Below are positions 62,200 to 64,000 of a stretch of 64,000 bases of DNA, in pieces. Origin of the DNA: an uncultured Alphaproteobacteria bacterium (lineage in GTDB: Bacteria; Pseudomonadota; Alphaproteobacteria; Rhizobiales; Hyphomicrobiaceae); the NCBI GenBank assembly GCA_963847435.1, contig CAWJZR010000022.1:155168-219167 (forward strand), given 5' to 3'. Both the position numbers and the translations under genes were made by a program. Each line of letters begins with the position of its first letter. The first letter of the stretch is position 1. A model generated the notes under the pieces. That model did not search any database, had not been told where the DNA came from, and was given only the letters and a program-made list of their open reading frames with translations.

Positions 62200-64000
62200 A
62201 TGACCGAGACCCATCGCCCGCTTGAAGTCTACGAGCGCCCCGAGCGCCAGGGCTTGTTCGATCCTGCCATGGAGCGCGATGCCTGCGGCGTCGGCTTCAT
62301 CGTCGACATGAAGGGTCGCAAGTCGCACAAGATCGTCGGCGACGCGCTTCAGATCCTTGAAAATCTCGAGCATCGTGGTGCCGTTGGCGCCGACCCGCTT
62401 TCGGGCGACGGTGCTGGCATCCTCATCCAGATCCCGCACGACTTCCTAAAGGAAGAATGCGCTAAAATTGGTTTCACGCTGCCGGCTCCGGGCGACTACG
62501 CCGTCGGCCATGTGTTCGCGCCGCGCGACCCCCGCCTGCGCAAGCATTGCAGCACCGTATGGACTTCGCATCATGCGCGAGGAGGGTCTCGAGATCCTCG
62601 GCTGGCGGCGCGTGCCGGTCGACAATACGTGCCTCTCCGAGATGGTCCGCAGCACCGAGCCGGATCACCGCCAGGTCTTCATCGGCAAACCGAAGGGCAT
62701 GAGCGAGGGTGACTTCGAGCGGAAGCTGTATCTTGCCCGCAAGTGCGTCTCGAACTCGATTCAGAAGGCCTACAAAGGCCGCGACATTGGCCACTACACA
62801 GTGTGCTTGTCGAGCCGCACGCTCGTCTACAAGGGCATGTTCCTGTCGTTCCAGGTCAAGGCCTACTACAAGGATCTGTCTGACCCGCGGCTGACTTCGG
62901 CGCTGGCGCTGGTGCATCAGCGGTTCTCGACCAACACTTTCCCAAGCTGGAAGCTAGCGCATCCCTACCGCATGGTCGCGCACAACGGCGAAATCAACAC
63001 CCTGCGCGGCAACGTCAATTGGATGGCTGCGCGGCAGGCGTCCGTGTCGTCTCCGCTGTACGGTGGAGACATCGAGAAGCTGTGGCCGATCTCCTATGAG
63101 GGGCAGTCGGACACTGCCTGCTTCGACAACGCGCTCGAGTTCCTGGTGATGGGCGGCTACTCGCTGTCGCACGCGGCGATGATGCTCATTCCCGAGGCGT
63201 GGGCCGGCAACCCGATGATGGACGCCAAGCGCCGCGCCTTCTACGAGTACCATGCCGCGCTGATGGAGCCATGGGACGGCCCCGCCGCGATGGCGTTCAC
63301 CGACGGCAAGCAGATTGGCGCCACGCTCGACCGCAATGGCCTGCGGCCCGCGCGTTATCTGGTGACCAAGGACGACGTAGTGATCATGTCGTCGGAAGTC
63401 CGGGGTGCTACCGGTTGCGGAAGAAAATATCGTTCAGAAGTGGCGTCTGCAGCCGGGCAAGATGCTGCTCATCGACCTGGAGAAAAGCCGCATCGTCTCC
63501 GACGACGAGCTGAAGGCGGACATTGCGTCGAGCCATCCGTACGAGCAGTGGGTGAAGAGCGCCCAGATCATGGTGCACGGCCTGCCGCTCGCCACCGGGG
63601 AGGCCGCCTCGAAGAAGTCGAACATCAGCGTTCTCGATCTGCAGCAAGCGTTCGGCTACACGCAGGAAAGCACCAAGTTCCTGATGACGCCGATGGCCGA
63701 GACGGGCCAGGAAGCGATCGGCTCGATGGGCAACGACACGCCGATCTCGGCGCTGTCATCGAAGTCGAAGCTGTTGCACACTTACTTCAAGCAGAACTTC
63801 GCGCAGGTGACTAACCCGCCGATCGACTCGATCCGCGAGGAACTCGTCATGAGCCTCGTATCGTTCATCGGTCCACGGCCCAACCTGCTCGATCTGGAAG
63901 GCACCTCGAAGCAGAAGCGGCTCGAGGTCGACCAGCCGATCCTGACGAACGAGGACCTGGAGCGCATCCGCCAGATCGGCGCGGTGAAGGACAACGATTT
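62200..64000 (+). CDS. gltB: Glutamate synthase large subunit. The 5' part runs off the window. Two frameshifts (about 62545 and about 63400).
   Basis: GLFDPAMERDACGVGFIVDMKGRKSHKIV..LEHRGAVGADPLSGDGAGIL..LVHQRFSTNTFPSWKLAHPYRMVAHNGEINTLRGN..PEAWAGN..EPWDGPAAMAFTDG..FAQVTNPPIDSIREELVMSL. Confidence 0.9.

Overview
High-GC alphaproteobacterial (Rhizobiales-like) chromosomal segment. The lineage call is an inference from gene content: a PhyR/NepR/EcfG module, a Cpa-type Tad locus and CtrA-type boxes.

Gene order:
- 1-5380: yejABEF-type peptide ABC importer.
- 5430-10228: two GSTs, two hypothetical proteins, and a translationally coupled M17 aminopeptidase / NlpC-P60 pair.
- 10400-26512: a complete Tad/Flp (Cpa) pilus locus. 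It holds tadD, a B12-radical-SAM gene wedged next to tadC, tadC-tadB-cpaF-cpaE-cpaD-cpaC-cpaB-cpaA, four tandem 56-aa flp pilin genes, and three divergent pseudopilin/accessory genes.
- 26722-29472: TetR regulator, membrane hydrolase, CDF transporter.
- 29557-31802: general stress response module nepR-ecfG/phyR with a GGAAC-N16-CGTT promoter. Just upstream lies a candidate small RNA with C-rich (CCUCCUCC) loops.
- 32060-48585: housekeeping genes (cobB, RNA methyltransferases, Tat-signal SOD, doxX, xseB, HDAC-like, SDR, enoyl-CoA hydratase, acyl-CoA dehydrogenase, tsaC, FAD oxidase) and an HWE-type histidine kinase.
- 48742-54898: the rpmI-rplT-pheS-pheT operon. Here pheS and pheT are separated by a three-gene, lower-GC insert (cytochrome c'-like, membrane protein, DUF4166).
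- 55205-64000: orphan higA with a decayed higB stub, uup, mobA, mobB, DUF3305/DUF3306, moaA and the 5' part of gltB.

No rRNA, tRNA, CRISPR array, transposase or integrase was recognised.

Major caveat: five blocks (1-5380, 7092-9590, 13158-~19375, 48742-51188, 52977-54627) are riddled with frame switches, including in essential genes. I read these as consensus indel errors rather than biology. Gene coordinates there are reconstructions across frames.
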